A stretch of 64,000 nucleotides of DNA from Macrostomum lignano (taxonomy: Eukaryota): assembly GCA_002269645.1 (NCBI GenBank), contig NIVC01000910.1:6630-70629 (forward strand). Direction: 5' to 3'. How positions within the stretch are numbered: position 1 is the first letter of the stretch; each line of letters begins with the position of its first letter. The position numbers and the translations under genes are program-made. The notes under the pieces are model-generated. The model saw only the letters and a list, made by a program, of their open reading frames with translations. It ran no database searches and was not told the DNA's origin. Below are positions 24,764 to 36,833 of the stretch, piece after piece.

Positions 24764-26460
24764 GGAACCCCAAATCAACTCAAGAAGGCCCAAACCAGCC
24801 CTAGGAAGCTCAAACTAGCCCTGGAAAGCTCAAACTAGCGCTGGAAAGCTCAAATTGGCGCGGGAAAGCTCGAATTGGCGCCGGAAGCTAAATTTGGCGT
24901 CAGGATCCCCAAATTGGCGCCAGGAACCCCAAATCAACTCAAGAAGGCCCAAACCAGCCATAGGAAGCTCAAACTAGCCCTGGAAAGCTCAAACTAGCGC
25001 TGGAAAGCTCAAATTGGCGCGAGAAAGCTCGAATTGGCGCCGGAAGCTAAATTTGGCGCCAGGATCCCCAAATTGGCGCCAGGAACCCCAAATCAACTCA
25101 AGAAGGCCCAAACCAGCCCTAGGAAGCTCAAACTAGCCCTGGAAAGCTCAAACTAGCGCTGGAAAGCTCAAATTGGCGCGGGAAAGCTCGAATTGGCGCC
25201 GGAAGCTAAATTTGGCGCCAGGAACCCCAAATCAACTCAAGAAGGCCCAAACCAGCCCTAGGAAGCTCAAACTAGCCCTGGAAAGCTCAAACTAGCGCTG
25301 GAAAGCTCAAATTGGCGCGGGAAAGCTCGAATTGGCGCCGGAAGCTAAATTTGGCGCCAGGATCCCCAAATTGGCGCCAGGAACCCCAAATCAACTCAAG
25401 AAGGCCCAAACCAGCCCTAGGAAGCTCAAACTAGCCCTGGAAAGCTCAAACTAGCGCTGGAAAGCTCAAATTGGCGCGGGAAAGCTCGAATTGGCGCCGG
25501 AAGCTAAATTTGGCGCCAGGAACCCCAAATCAACTCAAGAAGGCCCAAACCAGCCCTAGGAAGCTCAAACTAGCCCTGGAAAGCTCAAACTAGCGCTGGA
25601 AAGCTCAAATTGGCGCGGGAAAGCTCGAATTGGCGCCGGAAGCTAAATTTGGCGCCAGGATCCCCAAATTGGCGCCAGGAACCCCAAATCAACTCAAGAA
25701 GGCCCAAACCAGCCCTAGGAAGCTCAAACTAGCCCTGGAAAGCTCAAACTAGCGCTGGAAAGCTCAAATTGGCGCGGGAAAGCTCGAATTGGCGCCGGAA
25801 GCTAAATTTGGCGTCAGGATCCCCAAATTGGCGCCAGGAACCCCAAATCAACTCAAGAAGGCCCAAACCAGCCATAGGAAGCTCAAACTAGCCCTGGAAA
25901 GCTCAAACTAGCGCTGGAAAGCTCAAATTGGCGCGAGAAAGCTCGAATTGGCGCCGGAAGCTAAATTTGGCGCCAGGATCCCCAAATTGGCGCCAGGAAC
26001 CCCAAATCAACTCAAGAAGGCCCAAACCAGCCCTAGGAAGCTCAAACTAGCCCTGGAAAGCTCAAACTAGCGCTGGAAAGCTCAAATTGGCGCGGGAAAG
26101 CTCGAATTGGCGCCGGAAGCTAAATTTGGCGCCAGGAACCCCAAATCAACTCAAGAAGGCCCAAACCAGCCCTAGGAAGCTCAAACTAGCCCTGGAAAGC
26201 TCAAACTAGCGCTGGAAAGCTCAAATTGGCGCGGGAAAGCTCGAATTGGCGCCGGAAGCTAAATTTGGCGCCAGGATCCCCAAATTGGCGCCAGGAACCC
26301 CAAATCAACTCAAGAAGGCCCAAACCAGCCCTAGGAAGCTCAAACTAGCCCTGGAAAGCTCAAACTAGCGCTGGAAAGCTCAAATTGGCGCGGGAAAGCT
26401 CGAATTGGCGCCGGAAGCTAAATTTGGCGCCAGGATCCCCAAATTGGCGCCAGGATCGCC
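24764..26460. repeat. Tandem array of 11 units of 159/139 bp, rich in GGCGCC and ggaaagctcaaa subrepeats, with a 914-bp higher-order period
   Basis: Unit starts (ggaacccc) at 24764, 24923, 25082, 25221, 25380, 25519, 25678, 25837, 25996, 26135 and 26294. Diagnostic variants recur 914 bp apart. Confidence 0.95.
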
Positions 26461-26889
26461 GAATCAGCGCTGGAATTTGCCAACGGGCGTAGAAGTGGCA
26501 GCATATATCAGCTTGCTACTTTTTGGCGCCGATTTTAATATACCGGCGCCAATTTCAGCCTTTGGGCGCCCATTTTAGCGCCCTGGCAAGGTCAATGCAT
26601 TTAGTTCTCACGCGATGGCGCCAAAAAATTTTTTTTTCTTTTTTTGAATTAGTGCCATGTATCTTGCCAACCAATACGAGTCAAGTTCTGGCGTCTGCTT
26701 TTCCACAGCCGCCTGGCTGGGTCCCGTCAACAAGCTATTTTTAGCGTGGGAAACTGTCTGACTCACTCATTTGATTCCCCGAGTCCACGGGTGCAAGGGC
26801 TAGCCAAGGTGGACCCACGGTGGAGCCACCTGGCTAGCCACGTATTTTTTGTGTAGTGGATTGTCTGGCTAGCCTGGGAATATGCTCTG

Positions 26890-27190
26890 GACAAAGAATG
26901 AAACAAGGACAGGCTGAGCGGAGAAGCTCAGACGCTGGGAACGCAAACGAACCGGAAAAAAGGGGGGGACAAAAGGGAGCGCAGGCAGACAAAAGGACAA
27001 CGAGGGAGGGAGAGGGAGAGAGAGGAGTGGGAGAGGGAGAGAGAGAGGGAGAGGGAGAGAGGGAGGGAGAGGGAGAGGGAGAGGGAGAGAGAGGGAGGGA
27101 GAGCTGCGGCCAGCGGCAGCCAACAGCTCAGGAGGGCGCAGGGCACAGCTGACAAAGGGGGCACCTAACACTAAACTAGTGCTCACTTCA
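26890..27190 (-). repeat. Truncated 3' LTR (first ~301 bp only), preceded on the minus strand by PPT GGGGAGAG
   Basis: Matches ~36146-36445. Identity stops abruptly at 26890. Confidence 0.92.
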
Positions 27191-27688
27191 CTCTCCCCGT
27201 TCAAATGATGAGGCGGAGTGCAAGCGAAGCCGCTTTATTTAAAACAAACAAGTTAAATTGTACTTAAAACAAACGATAAAATATTTGGCGTTAACAGATT
27301 TGGTGACAAAAAGTTGGCAAAGATTGTACCTGAAACTGGTAGAAGATGAATTCCTGATTAACTTGAGCGGCAAATGCTGTAATATTAAGCAGAAGGTTTG
27401 AACCAACTTTGGTTTTTAAATGCGAGCTGACGCCCTATTAGCTTCCTGAAATAGTGACGGGGGCGCCAGCCCAACTATTAAAATAAAGCGAAGGCGCCTA
27501 AATATGCTGGTGGGATGCCGGGAGTCAGTTGGCAGAGCCCGGGGGATGACGCATGCAAAAGGAGAATAAAGAAGATAATCGCGCACGACTGGCGCTTCAG
27601 TTCAACATAAGGGCCAAGTTCAGCGCGGCCTCAAATAATATAGGTGGGCACATCCTAGCGACGGGCGACCCAACGGCAAGCACACCGT

Positions 27689-30600
27689 TCAGCGATTCCT
27701 GGACCTGGCCAGCTTCTCGGGCAGCACCGGGGTTCGACCGGAGATTCGCCGAACGGCGAGCCGGGCCACACTCCGCAGGATCACCGGGAATTCCGGATTC
27801 TGGAGAACGGCAGCGGCGAGGGCGGCACCTCGGTCAACGGCCTCCTGCCGGTCTTGGTCATCGAGAGCCCTCAGCCGGGCCCATGTCGGCTCCATGAGAT
27901 CGGGCTCCTCGCCCCGTTGAGCCGCGGCGATGAATGTGGCAGCTAAGAAAGCTGCGCCAGCCTCGATCGGGTCCTCCAGGACAGGCTCCTGCTCAGCTGC
28001 TGCCATGGCCGTACCTGTGGGAGAATTCGGGGGCGCCATGGGGAAGGCGCCGCGGAGCTCCTCCGCCAGGTCGGTCCAGGTGTATGTCGACGGCGTGTCT
28101 GGGAGCTCCTCCTCAGTTTGGATTCCAACCTCGCGGGTGGGAGCCTCGCCAGGCCGCAGGATTGGCAGAAGCCGGGTTGGGCTGTCGCGGCCAGGAGACG
28201 CGGGCACCAACCCGAAGTTCACTCGGCTGATGCGGGTCGTGGTGGGCCAGGGATGGAGGTCTGGCGTAGGCGTCGAACTAGCCGTCGCCGGTGCAGCCAG
28301 GGCACCGCTGGGGTTTGGGCCAGCTTCCGACGCTTCGGTTGCGCGAGCCGGGCCGTGATGGCGCCTCGGGCCAGCGACCAAGTGGTCCGCTCGGCGGGTT
28401 CGCTCAAGAGGGCCTGCTGTCTGGAGGCGTCGCACCACGGGCGATGAATCCTCCGCCGTCAGATCAATAACCTCCACAGGAGGTGGGGGTGGGTGCCTTT
28501 GGCCTCGGCGTCGTCGGGAGGCGCGGCGACGCGGAGCGGCGGGCGGGTCTCTCTCAGGTGGTGTTGAGCGCCGCAGGTGCATCGGCGAAGGCGACCTTGG
28601 CCGCTGTCCTAGCCGCAGGCGAGGATGAATGCGGCGGACCACTCGGGACTCGGCTGGCCGCTCAAATTGGCCTGCTGCGGCGCCGATTGGGGGTGCGTCT
28701 TGCGCAGAGCAGTACCGCTCTGATCCCGAGTCGCGGTCGTCTCCACTCGACCCGGAGCGCTCAGTGCGCTTGGCGGCTCGTGGAGTGTGCATTTCTGCGC
28801 TGAAATGATGTAAATTTTGTGCGCGCATGCGGGCGGTGCGACTAGCGTACGTTTGCGGCCTAGTGTCGCTAATAAGGAGCCTCTCTGGAGGCCTACGGTC
28901 CCTAGCAAGCCTACCTAAACCTACAGGCTCTACAGGCGCTTCCACCGGAGTGGTGCATGGCGATGGTACACGAGACTGTACCACAGAAAAAGGTTCGGGG
29001 GGAGTAGGGACATGGACGGGCGAAAAGGAAGCAGCAGGCACAGATGCATTAGAAACAGGCTCACGCAAGTGGCATTCACCATACGGCACTGGCTCACGCC
29101 GAAGTGCACTTGCCTGGTTCGCTGGTGTCGTGTTCGGTCCACCTCCTGGCTGCACCTCCGGGATTGCCAGAGGCCGGAAGTACCACCAGAGAGCCGGCCT
29201 CACATCATCGTCCTCGTTGTCATCGGGATCTTCGAGCTCTTCCTCGGGAACCGGTGGCAGGGTCGCGGGTCCTGCACCGTCAGGATCATCTGGCTGCCGT
29301 CTGCGCTTCTTCGCCTTCTCGACTTCGGGATCTGAAATCATCGCGTAGTCAGCGTCAGGAACGTGGAGCAGGTTGCGGCGATGAACAACAAGTTCATCCC
29401 GTCGGGCTCGCGGGTTGGGCAGTCTACGGCGAATCTTGTAGACTACCTCGCCTTTGGGTTTTACGACTTCGTAGAGTGCTTTGCGGGGTCGATGAAACTT
29501 CGCCGCCTCGTCCGGTTCGAGCACCGGGTTGTTGAGGAAAACCAGGTCACCGGGCTTGAGCTTCTTGGCCTTCGGCAGGTTGGAGTAGTGCTCGTCTCGA
29601 AGTTGCTGATGCAGATGCAGGCGTTCTTTAGCTAGCTCAGTCGCTTCGTCTAATCGGCGCTGGAAGTCCTTGACATAGTCAGGCAAGTCGGCATACTCGG
29701 GCAGCTTCTTCAACGCGTTGTCGATCGGCAGTCGGAAGTCACGGCCAAACACCAGGTAGTGGGGCGTGAATCCTGTCACCGGATGTACACTAGAGCGGAG
29801 AGCCATCAGACAGGCTGGAAGGAAGGTGTCCCAGTCGTTGTGGTTTCGCTCGAGGAGGCAGGTGAGAACGCTCTTCAGCTGCTTGTTGAGGTTCTCGACC
29901 TGACCATTTGAAGCTGGATTGTACGGTGTTGTCGTCGTATGCCGGATGCCAAACAGGTCGCAGAACTTCTTGAAGGCTGAGCCCGTGAAATTGGTTCCTT
30001 GGTCAGTGTGTATCCAGCATGGTACACCGAAGTCAGGGATCAAGCGCTCCTGCAGGATCTTGATGACCGTCTTGGCTTTCTGGTTCCTCATAGGATAGGC
30101 GAACGGGTACTTCGACGTCGCGTCGCACAAGGTCAATATGTAGCGGTTCCCGCTCTTGCTCTTCTGGGCAATAGGGCCTACTACATCACAATGTACTCTT
30201 CCTAGCACTTCGCAGACTGGGAAGCTTTGAACTGGAACTTTGTCTCGCCTTCGCGATTTGCTTTCGAGACAGGCACGACATCTGCTGATAAAATTCTCGG
30301 TGACACGGGCTAATCCGGGCCGCCAGAATCTTTCTCGCAGTCGTTTCAGCGTTTTTGTCTGGCCTAGGTGACCACACAGTGGCGAACTGTGGAGCTCCTG
30401 GAGCACCTGGGCCTCGAGGGCTTCGGGCAGGACAACCTTCGGAGACTGCTGACCGTCAGTTAGGTCGATCATCAACAAGTCGTCCTCCACTCGCAAATTC
30501 TCAAAATAACCGAGCAGGTTCCGCTGCTCCTTCGACAGGCGCAATCGGGCATCGAACTCTGGCTTCGGGGCTTCGTTCTTAACCAGATTGAGCACGTAGC

Positions 30601-33600
30601 TGATAGCTCGGTCGGCGCGCTGCGCGTCGACAAACTGTTGCCGCGTCATCGGCAACCTCAGAAAATCCGTGAGCACAGCGCGGCATGGCTGAGGGGTCAT
30701 GACTCCCGCAGTCTCCGCTTCGATGGCTCGCCGTTGATCACGCGACTGCGTCTTGTCGGCGTCAGGATTAGGTCGCTCCGAGGGACTTTGTCTCACAACG
30801 TCGGCGTACGATCGCTGATCCCGTTTCGAAGTTCTCATCGTCGCTCTCTTGACAGGAATTTCTGCAGCTGGAGCAGTGCACTTGCCTCCACTGCACAGCC
30901 CAGGCGACTCTTGGCTGTAGGGCGAGACGCAACACGTGAAGCACGCCTCGTCGCAGGCAGCCGTAGCCGTCGGCTCGATCATCGTCGTCATTGGGTGAGT
31001 CTTCTCCAGCACTGGGCGGTGTCGCAAAGGGGGACTCGACTTTCCGCACAGGCGATGAGCAGCTGTCTGTCGGCTCGGGGGACAGAGCGTTGACCTTGCA
31101 GCCGTCGCGAGAGTCTGGCCTCTGTCAACACGGCGAGAACTCTCAGCGCAAAACTCCGGGGAGTTGAACTTACATTGCTGGTCTGGATTCGCGTTGTGGG
31201 CTGTCGTCAGGAGGGCTGCTTGTTCAGTGGCCTCTGAGTCGTGGTCCATGGGCGAGTCCAGGTTCCGAGATCCGCAGTCTTGGACATCATCAAGGAGGTC
31301 TACGTCAGCAGTGGCCTCCGAGGTTTTGTCCGGGCGAATCTCCAAGTAACAGCAGTCGGCGTGGGCGTCGCTGCGGAGGGCTGAGGTGTCAGTGGCCTCC
31401 GGGTTGGTGTCCAAACCGGTCTCCTGGCGTTGACTGCGGCGATGGTCGTCGTGCTGAAGGGCTGCTGGCGCGGTGGCCTTCAGGTCTTCGGCCAGGGCAG
31501 TCTTGGCCTCCTTGTTGCGAGTGCGGACCTTCTTCGAAAGGGCTGGTCTTGCAGTGGCCTTCCGGGTGGTGTCCAAGTCCGGCTCCAAGCTGGTGTCATC
31601 ATCGTGTCGGGCTGCAGAACCGGGATGCTCAAGCAGTCGGCCATGTTCGAAGTCAACCGGTGGTGTCTCCGGGCGTCTTGACAGGGCGTCGGCGTTGGCG
31701 TGGTCCTTGCCTTTGCGATGGTGAAGCTGGAAGCGGAACTCGCTCAGTCGCTCAATCCAACGGCCCAAGATGCCTGTGACCTGCGTCTGGTTCAGCAGCC
31801 ACAGCAAGGCCGATGGTCAGAACGAACTTCAAACTTCTTGCCAATTAAATAATGACGGAAATGTCGCATCGCGTCCACGATTGCAAGCAGCTCTTTCTTC
31901 GTGACCGTGTAGCGCTTCTCAGGATCACGAAGCTTCCGGCTAAAGAATGCAATTGGGCGCTCGACGCCGTCGGATTGCCGTTGTCCAAGACAAGCGCCTA
32001 TGCGAATGTCTGAGGCATCAGTGTCTAGGACAAACTTCACATCAGGATCTGAGTTAAACTCAGGCAGAGCGAGAACTTCAGTCGAACACAACTTCTTCTT
32101 CAACGTGTCGAACGCTACCTGGTGCTCATCAGTCCAATGCTGCCGCAGGCTGCCGATGTCCTTTCGAGTCAGGGCATGCAGCGGCGCAGCAAATCCAGCG
32201 TAGCCGTTGACAAACTTGTGGTAGTAATTGGCGAGGCCTAGGAATTGTCTCAGTTGAGTAACGGACTGTGGCACGGGCCAATCACGGATCTGCGCAATCT
32301 TGTCCTCACAGGTCTTCAGGCCGTCGGGAGTCACGACGTGACCTAGATAATGCAGCTCCTTGAGGAACAAATGGCACTTTTTCGGCTTGACCTTGAGGTT
32401 GGCTGCGATAATCCGCTGGAGTACAGTCCGCAGGTTGTCCAGCTGCTCCTCGAAGGTCACAGAGTGCACCACGATGTCATCCATGTAGCCAAGCGCGGTC
32501 TTTGGCGTCAGGCCGTCCAGGAGCTTATTGATACAACGCTGAAAGCTGCCTGGACTATCGTGGAGACCCATCGGTAGAACATTGAAACAGAATTGTCCGC
32601 GGTCAATCACAGAGAACGCCGTCAGGTGCTGATCGCAGTCGCGCAGCGGGATCTGCCAGAATCCTTGGGCGAGATCCAAGCTAGAATACCACTGGGCACC
32701 ACGCAGCTTCGCGAAGGTCTCCTGAATGTGCGGCAGCGGGTACGGGTGATACACACACTTGTCGTTGAGAGCTCTGAAGTCATGCACCAGCCTGATGTTG
32801 CCGTCCTTCTTGGGCACTATCAGCATTGGCGAGTTGTAGCTAGAGTAAGCTGGGCGAATGATGTGCTTCGCCAGCATCTCGTCTAGCAGCGCGTCTAGCT
32901 TGTCCTTCAGATGAGGCGGGATCCTGCGCGGTGGTAGCGCAACTGGTGTCCGATCCTTCAGGATGATCTCGTGGGTCACCAGGTGTGTCAGGCCAGCGTC
33001 TAGCAGATGCTTCGAGAAGGCTGCTTGACACTCAACTAGTAGATCTCGCACTCTCTGTCGTTGATCTTCGGACAGCTCGCTGTTGATCTCGACTTCCTCT
33101 AGCCAAGCTGTGCTGGACTCTTCAGGGCTCCTTGGCAAATGTCGCACTTCAGGTTCCGGCGTCTCTTCCAGGTACATCAGGTCGGCAGTTCTAAGTGGTG
33201 TCGCAACACCAACGCGGATGCCCGACTGCAGGAACACCTCGCAGTCAGCAGTGTTGACGACCTCGATGTAGCCTCGACCTTCAGGCATCGTCATCAGAGC
33301 TGGAGCTGCTTCCAGAGTGTTGCAGCTGGGGTGCAGTCTCGACTTCACCAGCTCGACGATTGATGGCGATCCTCGGTTCTCGGGGTGGCCGACATCCAAC
33401 TGGACGGCCAACAGCGCTGAGCTTCTCGGCGGCAGAGTGCACTTCTCGGAGGTGTACACCCGGCATGATTGAAGCTCACGGCGCGAATATCGAACGGGAA
33501 TGCACGCGCCATTGTTGAACTTTAGCATTCCTTGAGCGAAGTCCAAGTTCTGGCAGTGCTCACGCATGAAATTAATACCAAGCAAATTTTCACAATCGGT

Positions 33601-34086
33601 GACCGTGACCAGGAATTCGGTGTCCGCGACGACATCACCGAACTCCACCGGGATGATCACCTTACACGCAAGGGGTAGCTGCGTACCGTCGTACATGGTC
33701 ACGCAATCCGGGATAGCATGCGATATAATACAACGAGGCATCCGACGTCTAACATTGGCCCAGGTCGACGCTCCAAGAAAGTTTTTCCGACTGCCGCTGT
33801 CTAGTAGGAAAGGGACTTCTCGGCCCGCCAATCGGCCGGTGACGTACGGATCAGCCTCACGCGCATGGATTTTTTGATCATCGGAGGTGTCCACGAAACC
33901 TCCGGGCTCCGCGCCACTTACTGACGAGCGACTGTCGGACTGGGCATTGGCGCCTGCGCAGCCGACATCCTCTTCTTCTCGTGACCTCTCGGAGTCTGCC
34001 AAGTAGCCGGGGCTTGGGCTCTTCGGAGGGCGGTGCCGTGGGCGCTCTCCGGCTGGCCGTTTCCCTGGTTCTGGCGGAGCGGGCAT
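27689..34086 (-). CDS. pol: Gypsy Pol: protease, RT, RNase H and integrase, with a long RH-IN spacer and long C-terminal tail; 1-nt frameshift at ~31805
   Basis: FLLDSGS (PR); LDLAQGFWQ and YMDDIV (RT); DTDASD and SDHR/LLWL (RH); H..CGH..CRAC, DVVGP, TDQG and ENLNK (IN). Confidence 0.96.
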
Positions 34087-35092
34087 TGGGCGTTACGGTG
34101 GCCTGGCTGACCACAGCCATAGCAGATCATGGCCTTCGTCGGCGGGCTCGTCTGCTGCTGCTGATCACGCTGAGCCAAGTCGCTGAGCAGCTTCTGCTGC
34201 TTCTCGAGTACTTCGGTCAAAGCCAACAGGGCTTGGGCAGTGGCGTCTGATATCGGGCGAGCGTCCTGCTCCCCGTCCAACATTCTAACCGGGGTTGAGC
34301 GGAGCGCTGGGCCAGCTCTCTGGCACCTTCTAGACGGTGCAGCTCTCGAATTGCGGCAAGCAAGTTGTTTGGGCGCACCCAATACAGTCGTTCTCGCAAA
34401 TCTGGGGTTCTCCGCAGGCCGGCAAGGAACTGATCAGCCAGCTCCTTCTCGCGGTCCTCGGGATGCATCCTCGGGTATGCACGCTCTCCTAGGGTGCGCA
34501 GCGAATCAGCGTACTCTTCTACGGACTCATTCTTGCCTTGCTGACGCCTCCTTAGAAGCTCTCGATACTCATCAGCGCCACCATGGCGCGCAAATCGCTC
34601 GATTAAACGCTGTTTAACCTCCTCGTAGCTGGCGAACCTTGGCAGATGCATGCTGAGCAGGGCTGGATACGCAGTAGACAGATCCAGACTCGCGATGAGG
34701 TGCTGCTTCATCTCGAACGGGTCGACGACTCGCTCCATCTCGCAACGCTGCTCGAACGCGGCAAGCCAGACATGAATGTCCTGACTTGGAGTAAATTTAA
34801 CAATCTTAATCTGTTTACTCACCGGTCGCTCTATTTGCTGCTGCAGCGCTGCCATCATGGTCCTCAGGTCCAATGGTCTGACGGTCTGGCCAAGGTCATC
34901 CAAGCCTCGCAGAAGCTCATCGGGCGGGTCCTCGGACACCTCGCTTCGTGCGCTTCGCCTCGGCGCGGGCCTCTGACAGAAGTCACCGGTCGTTGCTGCT
35001 GCCGCGGCGGCGTCTGCTGCCGCAGGCCTCGAACTGCTGATGTGCTGATCCAGCCGGCTGCTACTCCGGCTCTCGTCTCGCTCGTTGAACAT
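33918..35092 (-). CDS. gag: Gypsy Gag with CCHC zinc knuckle (apparent frameshift at ~34295)
   Basis: Capsid-like region WLAAFEQRC..RRRQQGKNESVEEYADSLR..DQFLAGL in ORF 34217-35092. CYGCGQPGHRNAQC in the overlapping ORF 33918-34382. Confidence 0.9.
34059..34065 (-). other. Putative -1 ribosomal frameshift slippery site G GGA AAC (gag to pol)
   Basis: CAG GGA AAC is in the gag frame just after the zinc knuckle. The -1 frame is the open pol frame (GKRP). A CGGAG...CTCCG stem follows. Confidence 0.7.
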
Positions 35093-35161
35093 GCTGATCT
35101 CGTAGCTGACCGAAGAGTCGTTCTCGAAAAAGGGCGGTTGGCTTGGGTGTTTCGAAGTCGG

Positions 35162-35335
35162 ATCCCACCGCTGCCACCAGTGAAGTGGTTGCTTGTACTT
35201 TCCTCGATAGCGTCTAGAGGTGGCCTGGTAGGTCTTTGAATCCCACCGCTGCCACCAGTGAAGTGGTTGCTTGTACTTTCCTCGATAGCGTCTAGAGGTG
35301 GCCTGGTAGGTCTTTGAATCCCACCGCTGCCACCA
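35162..35335 (-). promoter_or_regulatory. Three tandem primer-binding sites complementary to the tRNA-Leu 3' end (78-bp repeat)
   Basis: TGGTGGCAGCGGTGGGAT(TC) at 35316-35335, 35238-35257 and 35162-35179. The first lies 1 nt from the LTR end. Confidence 0.9.
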
Positions 35336-35336
35336 G

Positions 35337-36445
35337 TGAAGTACTCTGTTATTCCGGCTACTTCCCTGTCAGTCACGTGAGCTGCCTACTTTGAGCTCTT
35401 GGTAGACTCTCCCAGGAAGTCTTCTAGCAATCCTTGGTAGTGTTGGTAGTGCTGCCACCAGCTCGCTCGGATCTTGTCCTTCGGTGAGGGAGACTCCGGG
35501 CTGAGCGAAAGAAACGAGACACGAGAACTCAGCACGCCGTGCAGGTTTGACAGTTCGTACCGGTGCACACCTCGTCAGCGGTCCTGCCGGGCTCAAGTGC
35601 GGGGATGAGGAACTGTGCTAGTCTCTGTTAGTTCGGTTGGGCTTTAACACACTCAAAGACACACAGTCGAAGATGGATCAGAAATCAGATAGGTTGGCTA
35701 AGGCCTAGCGCAAGCTGCGCTGGACTTCCAAGAGAGCAGTTATTAGAAGAGTTAACTCACAGGTAAACGAGAGGTTTCACAGAGGGTCGGGCGGTTGCCA
35801 AACAGAGGCACGAGAGGCCCGTACTTATAGGGTAGCGGATCGATTTCACCATACCGTGCAACACCCCATTGCGCCAGAGTGCGCAAGGCCGCTCTCACTG
35901 CCCCCAATCTGGCGTGAATCAGTTCTATTTTTAGAAACAGGCGCGGAACCCTCAATTTGAGAGGCAAGGACGCCATTCCTAATTTAGAGCCTGACACCCG
36001 AGATTGCACAAGGCAGCGCAAGAAAAGGACAGAGCGCCGGGGCACGTGATCCGCTCCCGTACGGCCAGACAGAGAGTACAGCCAGAACTGGCTGGACTCG
36101 AGCCAAGAGAACGCAGCCACACAAAAGGGGGGGGGAAGGAGACAGACAAAGAATGAAACAAGGACAGGCTGAGCGGAGAAGCTCAGACGCTGGGAACGCA
36201 AACGAACCGGAAAAAAGGGGGGGACAAAAGGGAGCGCAGGCAGACAAAAGGACAACGAGGGAGGGAGAGGGAGAGAGAGGAGTGGGAGAGGGAGAGAGAG
36301 AGGGAGAGGGAGAGAGGGAGGGAGAGGGAGAGGGAGAGGGAGAGAGAGGGAGGGAGAGCTGCGGCCAGCGGCAGCCAACAGCTCAGGAGGGCGCAGGGCA
36401 CAGCTGACAAAGGGGGCACCTAACACTAAACTAGTGCTCACTTCA
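35337..36445 (-). repeat. Complete 5' LTR (1109 bp) with TATA-like TATAAG near 35824-35829
   Basis: 6-bp terminal inverted repeat TGAAGT/ACTTCA, adjacent PBS, and identity to the truncated 3' LTR. Confidence 0.92.
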
Positions 36446-36790
36446 CATTCTCCCTCCCAAACCTCCCATACCCGATCTCCCATCGCCAATCTCCCATCGC
36501 CAATCTCCCATCGCCAATCTCCCATCGCCAATTTCCCATCCCCAATCTCCCATCCCCATTCTCCCTTCCCTAATCTCCCATCACCAATCTCCCATCCCCA
36601 ATCTCCCACCCCCAATCTCCCATCCCCAATCTCCCATCCCAGGATCTCCCATCCTCAATCTCCCATCCCCAATCTCCCATCGCCAATCTCCCATCCCCAT
36701 CCCCAATCTGCCATCCCCATACTCCCATCCCCATTTTCCCATCCCCAATCTCCCATCTCCAATCGCCCATCCCAATCTCCCATCCTCAGC
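36446..36790 (+). repeat. Intronic ~15-bp minisatellite (cccaatctcccat)
   Basis: Direct inspection. Confidence 0.9.
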
Positions 36791-36833
36791 ACCAATCCCA
36801 CTTGAACCGAAAGCCACCATTTCCCTTCACCAG

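Larger units (their letters stand above)
26890..36445 (-). mobile_element. Ty3/Gypsy LTR retrotransposon (5' LTR complete, 3' LTR truncated)
   Basis: Order gag-PR-RT-RH-IN. LTR with TGAAGT...ACTTCA termini, tRNA-Leu PBS, and polypurine tract next to the 3' LTR. Confidence 0.97.

Noticed and set aside
27930-35239. Many plus-strand ORFs antisense to Gypsy gag-pol
   Set aside because: Expected shadow ORFs of GC-rich coding sequence, with no motifs.
35162-35335. tRNA-Leu gene
   Set aside because: Only the 18-20-nt 3' end including CCA is present, which identifies a retroelement PBS rather than a tRNA gene.
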